Shown in pieces: positions 17,403 to 25,921 of a stretch of 64,000 nucleotides of DNA (position 1 is the stretch's first letter; each line of letters starts with the position of its first letter). A program made the translations under genes and the position numbers. Under the pieces are notes generated by a model. The model was not told where the DNA came from. It saw only the letters and a program-made list of their open reading frames with translations, and ran no database searches. This DNA is from an uncultured Ignavibacteriales bacterium (lineage in GTDB: Bacteria > Zixibacteria > MSB-5A5 > GN15 > FEB-12): contig CAYQDB010000008.1 in NCBI GenBank assembly GCA_964416195.1, positions 76,015 through 140,014 on the forward strand. The letters are read 5' to 3'.

Positions 17403-19614
17403 ATCAAGCAAGTCGATTAGTGAGGTAATTCTGGCGACCAACCTGAATGAGCTGGCGCATACTTTTGTCCGTGAGCTGGCAATGGCCTGCCGCAAGGTGT
17501 CTATCTACGGCTCCGATCACCCTACGGGAGCGAAAGCGGTCGAGAAGCCCTTCTTTGTTCTGGACAACATCTTCCGGTTAAGAAACCACGCCAACCTCAA
17601 TCTGGATGGGGGCATTCTGTACGCTCTCAACATTCGGCTTAAGCAGAGCCTTTTCACCGATGAAATAGTCAGGTATATGCAGGTTCTCGAGACGGGAGCA
17701 GTGCTGTTCGACCGGCGTGTCACGATGCAGGAATTAGCCGCATTTATCGGCCGGTTGGTCCAAAGGGTCGATCTATCCGACCATCGGAATCTCTTAAGTA
17801 ACTATCTGGAGGAAAACAACATCACGGCTATCGAGGTCGATTCTGAGAGGGCTTTCAAGCTTTTTGAATCTCAAAAGAAGTACCGTGGGGATGCCTGTGG
17901 CGATTTCAGTGTGGGGAGTCTTGCCCTGCAGCAACTGGGCGACAAGCTGGAGGCGCTGGCTGATGTCAACCGCCGGGGGCAGGAGGCGCTGGATGATCAA
18001 GGCATAGATTTCACTCTCGACATCATCAACTACCTGCTTCCGGAGAAATTTGCCGCTCTTTCTGCAGAAGTCATTGTCGAAACGTTAACAGACCTCGCAA
18101 ACCAGATGCACACATTGCAGGACAATAATCAAAAGAGAACTACCCTTCTGGATTCCTACAAGTCACTTTACAGCCTTATAGACTACCATCCGCGGCGAGA
18201 TCACGTCATTTCGGAACTGGAACAATATCTCAGTTCAAATAAACTGCCTGCTGAAGTTGCACAGGAGCTCAGCACTCCAGTGGGGGCCATACGGGTGGCT
18301 TCAAGTGAACGCATAGACAACCTGCTGCAGCAGCTCTTCCTCCCTGGCAATGAGGGATATGATGTTGAAGAGTATCGCCATGCCTTTCGACGTCTGTTGA
18401 AAACCGGGCAGCGGGCAAAGGCTACAGAGGTCGTGCTTAATTTGATAGGATTGCTTGCCGGTCCCGATGGAACCGCTCGTCAACGAGCCCTGGAACTTCT
18501 GGAATGTTCAATTACATCGCTCGATCTCGTTGCTGACGTCGACGTGGCGGTGGCTGCTGTTGATCGGGTAATAGCCGACCTTGCCAAGAAAAGGGAGACC
18601 TACGAATACTCAGAAGTTATCTGGTGCCTGCTGGGGAGGTGTCTGGAGACACGCCGATTCGACCTCATGGCGAAGCTGACGAGCGCTATGGCTCAGCGGC
18701 GTCAGTCTGATGGCAACGTAACCCTTTACGACTCGATGGCCGTAAAGAAGGCATTTGAGAGCCTTAACCAGCGTAGGGTTATCGAGATACTTATCGATAA
18801 CATGATCAAAGGGGATCATGAGACATCCCGCTACGTCCGTGAAATCCTTATCTCTACGGGTTCGGAAGAGGTAGCTGCGGCGCTGTCGTGTATAATATCG
18901 CATCCTATCAGGCAGGTTCGGCAGCAGTCATTAAAGGTGCTGGCGGAGCTTGGAAAGGCATCGGTGAAGGTCTTCTCGCGGATTTTGATGGACGACACCA
19001 TGTTCGAACGGGAAAGCGGTCGGTATGAACTGCCTGACGGCAAGTGGTATATGGTACGGAATTCGATCTTTGTGCTCGGGTTACTGGGTGACGAAGAAGG
19101 CATAACCTTACTCAGGTTGCGAATGGGTGACAGCGATATCAGGGTAAGACGCGAGATTGTCACCGCCCTGGAAAAGATTGGCGGAGAAGAAGCCTGCGAC
19201 CTGCTTATTCTGATGGCCGACGACCCCATCAAGGAGATACGGGAGAGCGCCGTGATCGCTGTTGGTCTTATCGGCACTCCAGAGATGGTCCCACAGTTGC
19301 TTGATCTGGCCCGGAGAAACCCCTTGGTTGCGGTGCGCGCTCTGAGCGCCTTGGGAAAGATTGGTGGTGAGGAAGCAAGATCGTTCCTGGCCAGGCTCAT
19401 GGAAGATGACAAGGAACTGTCTGGACTGGCATCCGATAAGGTATCAAAAGAGGACCTGAGGCTGACAGCCATAAGGTCTCTTGCGAATATCGGCGATGAT
19501 AAATCAATTGCTACTATAAAGGATTACAGGGATAACCTCTCTGCAGCACAGAAAATCTTTTTCAAGAATTCCCCTATCAATAGGGCGATAGCCGAAATAC
19601 TCTCAAGGCATTAA
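17395..19614 (+). CDS. Large HEAT/PBS-lyase-repeat protein, function unknown
   Basis: C-terminal tandem HEAT-like repeats ('IRVRREIVTALEKIGGEEA', 'PLVAVRALSALGKIGGEEA', 'LRLTAIRSLANIGDDKS'). The ATG at 17395 overlaps the upstream stop (ATGAGTAG). Confidence 0.75.
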   Translation: MSRSSKSISEVILATNLNELAHTFVRELAMACRKVSIYGSDHPTGAKAVEKPFFVLDNIFRLRNHANLNLDGGILYALNIRLKQSLFTDEIVRYMQVLETGAVLFDRRVTMQELAAFIGRLVQRVDLSDHRNLLSNYLEENNITAIEVDSERAFKLFESQKKYRGDACGDFSVGSLALQQLGDKLEALADVNRRGQEALDDQGIDFTLDIINYLLPEKFAALSAEVIVETLTDLANQMHTLQDNNQKRTTLLDSYKSLYSLIDYHPRRDHVISELEQYLSSNKLPAEVAQELSTPVGAIRVASSERIDNLLQQLFLPGNEGYDVEEYRHAFRRLLKTGQRAKATEVVLNLIGLLAGPDGTARQRALELLECSITSLDLVADVDVAVAAVDRVIADLAKKRETYEYSEVIWCLLGRCLETRRFDLMAKLTSAMAQRRQSDGNVTLYDSMAVKKAFESLNQRRVIEILIDNMIKGDHETSRYVREILISTGSEEVAAALSCIISHPIRQVRQQSLKVLAELGKASVKVFSRILMDDTMFERESGRYELPDGKWYMVRNSIFVLGLLGDEEGITLLRLRMGDSDIRVRREIVTALEKIGGEEACDLLILMADDPIKEIRESAVIAVGLIGTPEMVPQLLDLARRNPLVAVRALSALGKIGGEEARSFLARLMEDDKELSGLASDKVSKEDLRLTAIRSLANIGDDKSIATIKDYRDNLSAAQKIFFKNSPINRAIAEILSRH

Positions 19615-19775
19615 CAGCATTAACACAGTCTTGCTGTCGTTGTGGCAGTATCCAGCCAAAACGGCGCGGCCTTCATGTCATTTTATGCACGCCAGCATGC
19701 CATAATGGCACCCAATCTTTTGATATCAATCGATACACTTTGTTATCGTGTTGTATAGCAGCAAGATAGTGGATT

Positions 19776-19790
19776 TGGCACACGGTTTGA
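19776..19790 (+). promoter_or_regulatory. Weak sigma-54-like -24/-12 candidate upstream of hsp20
   Basis: TGGCAC-acggt-TTGA. The GG-N10 spacing is correct, but the -12 element is GA rather than GC. It lies about 55 nt upstream of the ATG. Confidence 0.2.
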
Positions 19791-19843
19791 TTAACAATTG
19801 GCCAGAATGTGGACAGAAAACAAAAAAACCAGGAGGTAACAAA

Positions 19844-20275
19844 ATGACGTACTTAGTGCCAACTACAAATCGGATCGCTCGGGAGTTTGACAGTCTTTTC
19901 AACGGCTTTTTCAATTTCCCGAGTATCAGGACTGAGATGTCCTGCGACTTCATGCCTCGAGTAAATGTCAAGGAGACCAAAGATGATCTCACCTTGACGT
20001 TTGAGCTGCCCGGTATGGAAAAGAAGGACGTTAAGGTAATGGTGAAGGACGATGTCCTGACAGTATCCGGGGAACGTAATTTCAAGTCCGAGGAAAAGGA
20101 TGACGGGTATATCCGCACCGAAATCAGCAGCGGTTCCTTCTCCCGCTCGTTTACGCTTCCCGACACTGTCGACAGCGAGAAGATCTCGGCTGACTACAAG
20201 AATGGCATGCTTGAGGTCAAGCTGGTCAAGAAAGAAGAGGTCAAGCCCAAAGAGATCGAAGTCAGTGTCAGCTAA
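19844..20275 (+). CDS. Small heat-shock protein (Hsp20/alpha-crystallin family)
   Basis: Alpha-crystallin domain 'PRVNVKETKDDLTLTFELPGMEKKDVKVMV', 'SFSRSFTLPD' and 'NGMLEVKL'. An AGGAGG RBS sits 7 nt upstream of the ATG at 19844. Confidence 0.92.
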   Translation: MTYLVPTTNRIAREFDSLFNGFFNFPSIRTEMSCDFMPRVNVKETKDDLTLTFELPGMEKKDVKVMVKDDVLTVSGERNFKSEEKDDGYIRTEISSGSFSRSFTLPDTVDSEKISADYKNGMLEVKLVKKEEVKPKEIEVSVS

Positions 20276-20320
20276 GCTTCGGTTAATCTGGCGCTTGTCA
20301 GTGTCAAGGGCGGTATGTAA

Positions 20321-20348
20321 AAGCCGGTCGGAACCGATCGGCTTTTTT
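20321..20348 (+). terminator. Rho-independent terminator/attenuator between hsp20 and dnaK
   Basis: AAGCCGGTCG / CGATCGGCTT stem (one G-U pair) followed by a T6 run. Confidence 0.6.
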
Positions 20349-20374
20349 ATCAACAACCAAAGATAAGAGGTGAA

Positions 20375-22273
20375 ATGATGAGCAAGATAATAGGCATAGA
20401 CTTGGGAACAACTAACAGCGTAGTTGCTGTTATCGAGGGCAACGAACCAACGGTGATCACCAATTCTGAGGGAGGGCGTACGACACCTTCGGTCGTTGCT
20501 ATCGATAAAAACGGTGAGCGGCTGGTCGGCACTGTGGCCAAACGTCAGGCCGTGACCAACCCGCTGAATACAGTTTTCTCTGTCAAGCGGCTGATGGGTA
20601 GAATCTTTGATGAGGTCAAGCAGGAAATCAAGAACTTCCCTTATAAGGTAACAGCCAGCAGTAAAGGTGAGCCGGTCATTGAGATGGGTGGCACGAAGCA
20701 CCATCCTCAACAGATCTCAGCGATGGTACTGGGTAAAATGAAAAAGACGGCTGAGGAATACCTCGGTCATTCCGTGAAGGAGGCGGTCATTACTGTTCCA
20801 GCCTATTTCAACGACCGCCAGCGCCAGGCAACCAAGGATGCCGGGAAAATCGCCGGGTTGGATGTCAAGCGCATCATCAACGAGCCGACTGCTGCGGCGC
20901 TTGCCTATGGCCTTGACAAGAAAAAGGTTGGCAAGATCGCCGTGTACGATCTTGGCGGTGGGACGTTCGATATCTCGATTCTCGAGCTGAACGAAGGCGT
21001 TTTCGAAGTCCTGTCCACGAACGGCGACACCCATCTCGGTGGCGACGATTTCGACAAGCGGATTATCGACTGGCTTGTAGACGAGTTCAGAAAGTCAGAC
21101 GGTATCGACGTGTCAAACGACCCGATGGCGCTCCAGCGTTTGAAAGAGGCGGCGGAAAAGGCTAAGATGGAACTGAGCTCAACAATGCAAACGACTGTTA
21201 ACTTGCCATTCGTCACTGCTGATAGCTCCGGTCCCAAGCACCTCAACCTGACCCTTACCCGGGCCAAGTTCGAGCAGCTTGTGGATGATCTCTTACAACG
21301 CTCGATGAAGCCGGTGGAGATGGCCCTCAAGGATGCAGGCTTGAAGATCAACCAGATCGATGACGTTATCTTAGTGGGCGGGATGACCCGCGTGCCAAAG
21401 GTGCGGGAGCTTGTGAAGTGTTTCTTCGGACGGGAGGCCAACCAATCGGTGAATCCGGATGAGGTCGTGGCGCTGGGGGCTGCCATTCAGGGGGGCGTAC
21501 TGGCTGGTGATGTTGACGATGTCCTCTTGCTCGATGTTACCCCATTGTCGCTCGGTATTGAGACGTTGGGCAGTGTCACAACGAAGCTCATCGAACGCAA
21601 CACGACAATTCCGACCAAGAAATCGCAGACATTCTCAACAGCGTCCGATAACCAGATGCAGGTGGATATCCATGTTCTTCAGGGTGAGCGGGAGATGGCG
21701 ATTGACAACAAGACAATCGGCCGGTTTATTCTCGACGGGATACCTCCGGCGCCGCGTGGTATACCACAGATTGAAGTGACCTTTGATATTGATGCCAACG
21801 GTATCTTGAATGTAGCGGCCAAGGATATGGCTACGGGTAAATCACAGAATATCAGGATTGAGGCTTCCTCCGGTCTTTCCCGGCAGGAAATCGAGAAGAT
21901 GGTCAACGATGCCAAAGCCCACGAAGCCGAAGACAAGGAAAAGAAACGTGCGGTTGAGGTACACAACCAGGCCGATGCGGCAGTCTTCCAGAGTGAGAAG
22001 CAGCTCAAGGAGTTTGGGGACAGACTAAGTCTGGATAATAAATCGAAGATCGAGACAGCGATTAGTCGTGTTAAAGAAGCATTGAAATCGGATAACTCCG
22101 AAGAGATTACCTCGGCGACCGAGGCGCTTAATCAGCTCTGGCAGCAGGCGTCGACTGAGATGTACCAGCAGGCTTCGCAGGCCAGCTCTACCCAGTCGGC
22201 GTCCGGCAACGGAAGCACGGATTCCACAAGTAGTGGTGACGCCGTTGATGCTGAGTTTAATGAGGTGAAGTAG
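20375..22273 (+). CDS. dnaK: Chaperone DnaK (Hsp70)
   Basis: '[15 protein letters not shown]', '[12 protein letters not shown]', '[13 protein letters not shown]' and a full-length substrate-binding and lid region. Confidence 0.98.
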   Translation: MMSKIIGIDLGTTNSVVAVIEGNEPTVITNSEGGRTTPSVVAIDKNGERLVGTVAKRQAVTNPLNTVFSVKRLMGRIFDEVKQEIKNFPYKVTASSKGEPVIEMGGTKHHPQQISAMVLGKMKKTAEEYLGHSVKEAVITVPAYFNDRQRQATKDAGKIAGLDVKRIINEPTAAALAYGLDKKKVGKIAVYDLGGGTFDISILELNEGVFEVLSTNGDTHLGGDDFDKRIIDWLVDEFRKSDGIDVSNDPMALQRLKEAAEKAKMELSSTMQTTVNLPFVTADSSGPKHLNLTLTRAKFEQLVDDLLQRSMKPVEMALKDAGLKINQIDDVILVGGMTRVPKVRELVKCFFGREANQSVNPDEVVALGAAIQGGVLAGDVDDVLLLDVTPLSLGIETLGSVTTKLIERNTTIPTKKSQTFSTASDNQMQVDIHVLQGEREMAIDNKTIGRFILDGIPPAPRGIPQIEVTFDIDANGILNVAAKDMATGKSQNIRIEASSGLSRQEIEKMVNDAKAHEAEDKEKKRAVEVHNQADAAVFQSEKQLKEFGDRLSLDNKSKIETAISRVKEALKSDNSEEITSATEALNQLWQQASTEMYQQASQASSTQSASGNGSTDSTSSGDAVDAEFNEVK

Positions 22274-22378
22274 ATCGGGTTCCGAGCGGAGCGAAGCATA
22301 GTGAGAAACCCGACAGTCACCCAGGAATGGCATTGTCGGGTTTCTTGTCACCTTCGGCGCCTGCGGAACCCGACCTAC
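22270..22378. repeat. About 109-nt nested inverted-repeat element (MITE/REP-like) between dnaK and the J-protein gene
   Basis: Outer IR GTAGATCGGGTTCCG...CGGAACCCGACCTAC. Inner IR AAACCCGACA...TGTCGGGTTT. A homologous copy lies at 40192-40297, with relatives at 24598-24685, 7397-7451 and 13397-13442. Confidence 0.85.
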
Positions 22379-22402
22379 TGAGAGGCACGGGGTGATATGT
22401 AA

Positions 22403-23350
22403 ATGGGCAAAAACTACTACGACATACTGGGCGTAAGCGAAAGCGCCTCTCCTGAAGAGATCAAAAAGGCCTTTCGTACCCTGGCCAAGAAGTATCACCC
22501 CGACCGCAATCCGGGAGACAAAGCCGCCGAGGCCAAGTTCAAAGAGATTTCCGAGGCGCATGAGACGCTCTCCAACTCTAAGAAGAAGGCAGAGTATGAC
22601 ACCATGCGCAAGTACGGCGCCTTTACGGGGGCCGGCGCCCGGCCAGGCGGGGCTGGTTTTGGCAGAGCTGACTTTGACTTCTCTGATCTGTTCCGCCAAG
22701 GTGCCGGTGGGCGCGGCGGCTTTCAGACCTTCCGATTCAGTTCCTCGGGGATCGATGGCCTAGAGGACATCATCTCATCGTTTTTTGGCGGCGGTGACCA
22801 GTTTGCCGGTGCGCGCACAAGGCGGCGACCGAGGGTACAAAAGGGCGCTGACTTGACAGCTAATCTTTCAATCTCGTTCATGGAAGCTGTTAATGGAACG
22901 AAGCGTACAATCGTTATCGGTCAGACCGGCAAGAAACTGGCGGTGCGCATCCCCAAGGGGATCGAGGACGGGGGCAAGATTCGTTTGGCCGGTCAGGGCA
23001 TGCCGGGGCCGATGGGGCAGCATGGCGGTAATAATGGTGACTTGATTATAACGGTGCATGTTATGCAGGATAAACAATTCAGAAGAGAAGGCAACGACAT
23101 TCACACCAGCGTGACGCTCTCATTCAAAGAGGCCATCTTAGGCTGTAAAGTGAATGTCAAGACGCTGACCAAGATGGTGGCGCTCACCGTCCCGCCCGGC
23201 ACGCAGCCGGGGATGAAGATGCGTCTGAAAGGTCAGGGCCTGGCTGTCGGCAGATCCCAGGGCGACCTGTACGTCGAGATCAAGATCGAGATACCCAAGA
23301 CGCTGACAGAGGAGCAGAGGAAGATGTTGGAGGGGTGGGGGGATGAGTGA
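22403..23350 (+). CDS. J-domain co-chaperone, class II (CbpA/DnaJ-like, no zinc-finger domain)
   Basis: J domain '[32 protein letters not shown]'. G/F-rich linker. C-terminal substrate-binding domains. No CxxCxGxG repeats. Confidence 0.92.
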   Translation: MGKNYYDILGVSESASPEEIKKAFRTLAKKYHPDRNPGDKAAEAKFKEISEAHETLSNSKKKAEYDTMRKYGAFTGAGARPGGAGFGRADFDFSDLFRQGAGGRGGFQTFRFSSSGIDGLEDIISSFFGGGDQFAGARTRRRPRVQKGADLTANLSISFMEAVNGTKRTIVIGQTGKKLAVRIPKGIEDGGKIRLAGQGMPGPMGQHGGNNGDLIITVHVMQDKQFRREGNDIHTSVTLSFKEAILGCKVNVKTLTKMVALTVPPGTQPGMKMRLKGQGLAVGRSQGDLYVEIKIEIPKTLTEEQRKMLEGWGDE

Positions 23351-24137
23351 TAGAGTAAAACCAAGAGAGTCGCAAATAAAGGGTGTCAATCTACCCAGCT
23401 TTGCTGAGGACAGATTTGCGTCCAGCAGCGACAAAGAGATTAGCAATCTAATTATGGCCAATTCCGTTTGCTCTCTGCGGAAGGGGTTGGATGAGTACCT
23501 GAGGGAAACGAAAGATAACTCCAACTACAAGTACGCCATCATTCATGTGGCACAGAGCATTGAACTCCTTCTCAAAAGCAAGATTGCAGAGCACGATAAG
23601 GGTTTGATCAGAACATCGAAGGCGAGAAGCAGGAGACTAAAGACGATTGGGTTGAAGAATTCGTTACAGATTCTTGGCGACAAACTCAAGGTTGAAATTG
23701 CTCCAAATGATGTTGAAGCCCTTAAGGATTGTCGATGTTTTCGCAATGAGATTGAACACTTCGCATTTCTCGGTAATAAAGATGTTTTTGACCAGCTACT
23801 GAGCTACTTGGTAAGCTTCTATTGGGCATTTCTACTAGAGAACATGCCAAAAGTTGTATTTCGATCTTTGCTCTGCAAATCCCAGTTCGATTTGGCCCTT
23901 AAATTCGAAAGCATCTGGCAGAAAGCCTATATCGCGGGAAAGGAAAGGCTCCAGAAGGTCTTTGATGAATGTGCTCCAGGAGAAAGACTAATATCTATTG
24001 GATTCTGTGAATCGTGCGACTGCGACACACTTCTGATTGACGAAGACCGACACGCCTGTAAATGCTATATGTGCGGCGTCGAGCCAAAAGACTTGCCAGC
24101 GTATCTCCGCCATCCAGGGGATTCCAACGAGCAATGA
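23343..24137 (+). CDS. Hypothetical protein with a HEPN-like Rx4H motif and a C-terminal Cys4 zinc ribbon
   Basis: 264-aa ORF that is visibly AT-richer than its flanks. The ATG overlaps the J-protein stop (ATGAGTGA). '[13 protein letters not shown]' (R134-N-x3-H139) lies in an all-helical context. C-terminal 'CESCDC...CKCYMCG'. Confidence 0.6.
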   Translation: MSDRVKPRESQIKGVNLPSFAEDRFASSSDKEISNLIMANSVCSLRKGLDEYLRETKDNSNYKYAIIHVAQSIELLLKSKIAEHDKGLIRTSKARSRRLKTIGLKNSLQILGDKLKVEIAPNDVEALKDCRCFRNEIEHFAFLGNKDVFDQLLSYLVSFYWAFLLENMPKVVFRSLLCKSQFDLALKFESIWQKAYIAGKERLQKVFDECAPGERLISIGFCESCDCDTLLIDEDRHACKCYMCGVEPKDLPAYLRHPGDSNEQ

Positions 24138-24158
24138 ACAAGTGACGATTGAGAGGAA

Positions 24159-24730
24159 GTGATCATAGATGCATTATGTGCGCGGCGGATGTCGCCGTCC
24201 CTCGCGTCAAGTGGGAGCACCCTTCGACAAGCTCAGGACAAGCGAGGACGTACGCATACCACAGAGTGATTTTTCCCCTCTGGAGAGGGGTGCCCGAAGG
24301 GCGGGGTGTGTATTCTATGCGCCGTAACACACCCCTAAATCCCCTCTCGAGAGGGGACTTCGAAACAAGAAAAAGAAAACGAAAGGATGTGATCATAGGA
24401 CATAGGGCAGGAGTCCCCGACTCCTACCACAAAATAGGCAGGTCTCAGGGAGACCTGCCCTACAGGGGAGAGAGACGCCAATACCTGACACAACAAGAAA
24501 CGATAATTTTTCCACGTAGGGCGCAGCTATGTGTCGCGCTAATAAGGGTGGCGTTGCCATCGGCGGAGACAAGCCCCGCCGCTACGCGACATAAGAAGTA
24601 GGTCAGGTTTCAAGCGGGGCAAAGCGAAGTGAAAAACCCGACACAAACCAACAAAGATGTCGGGTTCCAAAGGAATCCGACCTACGTTTTTTTGAGGTAT
24701 GATAGGGCAGATGTGGACATCTGCCGTCCA
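24159..24730. repeat. Dense BIME-like array of GTAGG/ATAGG-headed palindromes and composite repeats (about 570 nt)
   Basis: Contents: 24275-24360 CCCCTCT..AGAGGGG composite. Hairpins at 24409-24427, 24437-24463 (GGCAGGTCTC/GAGACCTGCC + CTAC), 24516-24540 and 24706-24725. Nested-IR element at 24598-24685. 10-bp direct repeat GTGATCATAG at 24159 and 24389. Confidence 0.85.
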
Positions 24731-24858
24731 TAAAGACTATTTCCTGTCAGGACTTGTTTTTGTCGGCTGACCACCGTATTTTCCTGTCTGTTGCCGTGTG
24801 ATTTGTATCTACGGTTCAAGGTAGCATGTAACAGTAACTCAGATACAAGAGGTTTACT

Positions 24859-25908
24859 ATGGCAGGAATTGTTGGTTATGGAGCGCATCTTCCCAGACAC
24901 CGTATCAAAGTCGAGGAAATCGCCAAGGTGTGGGGAGCGGATGCGCCCAGTTACAAAAAGGGCCTGATGCTGCGAGAGAAGTCCGTCCCTCCGCCTGACA
25001 TGGACACTATTACTCTGTCAGTTGAGGCAGCCAAGAATGCGCTGAAGCGGGCGGGGAATGTCGAACCAGCAGACATAGGCGCTATCTACATCGGTTCCGA
25101 GTCACATCCGTACGCAGTAAAGCCCTCCGGTACGACTGTTGCCGAGGCGATTGGGGCCACGCCGGATATTCACTGTGCAGATTTTGAGTTTGCGTGCAAA
25201 GCTGGTTCTGAGGCTATGTTCGTAGCGCTGAGCCATATTGACTCCGGTGCCATGCCGTATGCGCTGGCTATCGCTGCGGATACGTCGCAGGGAGCGCCTT
25301 CCGATGCACTGGAGTTTTCGGCGGCGGCCGGCGCGGCGGCGTTTATCATGGGTAAAAAAAACCTGATCGCTGAGTGTCTTTTTACTCATTCGTACATGAC
25401 TGATATGCCCGATTTCTGGCGGCGGGAACACCAGTTTTATCCACAGCATGGAGGGCGGTTCACCGGCGAGGAAGCATATTTCGCTCATACCAAAGGAGCA
25501 ACGAACGCTATCCTGAAGAAGTCCGGTATGGCCCCGAAGGATTTCACATATGCCGTTTTTCACCAGCCCAACGGAAAGTTCCCCCAGCGGGTGGCGTTTG
25601 AGCTTGGCTTCACGCAGGAACAAATTGATCCGGGATGGCTGGCGCCTACATTGGGTAACACCTATTCCGGCGCTTCACCAATCGGACTTACGGCTACACT
25701 CGACGTCGCTCAGCCGGGTGATCTGATTATGATGTGTTCCTACGGCTCCGGTGCTGGTTCTGATGCTTTCGTCTGGAGAGTCACCGAGCGGATTAATGAG
25801 GTGCGCGACAAGGCCGTGCGTACGAGGAAACTTCTGGAAAAAAACCTGATTTATGTCGACTACGGGACCTACGCCAAGTTCCGGCGTAAAATCCGCAAGA
25901 ACGATTAG
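24859..25908 (+). CDS. Hydroxymethylglutaryl-CoA synthase, archaeal-type
   Basis: 'MAGIVGYGAHLPRHRIKVEEIAKVWG', 'GSESHPYAVKPSG', 'DFEFACKAGSEA' (active-site Cys context). About 349 aa, typical of the archaeal HMGCS family. Confidence 0.88.
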   Translation: MAGIVGYGAHLPRHRIKVEEIAKVWGADAPSYKKGLMLREKSVPPPDMDTITLSVEAAKNALKRAGNVEPADIGAIYIGSESHPYAVKPSGTTVAEAIGATPDIHCADFEFACKAGSEAMFVALSHIDSGAMPYALAIAADTSQGAPSDALEFSAAAGAAAFIMGKKNLIAECLFTHSYMTDMPDFWRREHQFYPQHGGRFTGEEAYFAHTKGATNAILKKSGMAPKDFTYAVFHQPNGKFPQRVAFELGFTQEQIDPGWLAPTLGNTYSGASPIGLTATLDVAQPGDLIMMCSYGSGAGSDAFVWRVTERINEVRDKAVRTRKLLEKNLIYVDYGTYAKFRRKIRKND

Positions 25909-25921
25909 GAGGTAGACTGCA

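Noticed and set aside
18831-19472. 213-aa minus-strand ORF rich in Ser/Arg/Pro
   Set aside because: It is antisense to the HEAT-repeat gene. Its composition is typical of a shadow frame.
19853-20710. 285-aa minus-strand ORF
   Set aside because: It is antisense to hsp20 and to the highly conserved 5' part of dnaK, and it has no motif. This is a typical shadow ORF in GC-rich coding DNA.
24149-24601. 150-aa plus-strand ORF, together with the overlapping minus-strand ORFs 24163-24396 and 24682-24900, in the spacer after the HEPN-like gene
   Set aside because: These ORFs lie entirely within palindromic repeat arrays. Their peptide similarity to ORF 59656-59994 ('TPLNPLSRGDF') is explained by the shared DNA repeat. 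There is no RBS or coding periodicity.
24159-24730. Possible CRISPR array, given the many short palindromic repeats
   Set aside because: The repeats differ in sequence, length and orientation and are not separated by uniform spacers. No cas genes are present. REP/BIME-like organisation fits better.
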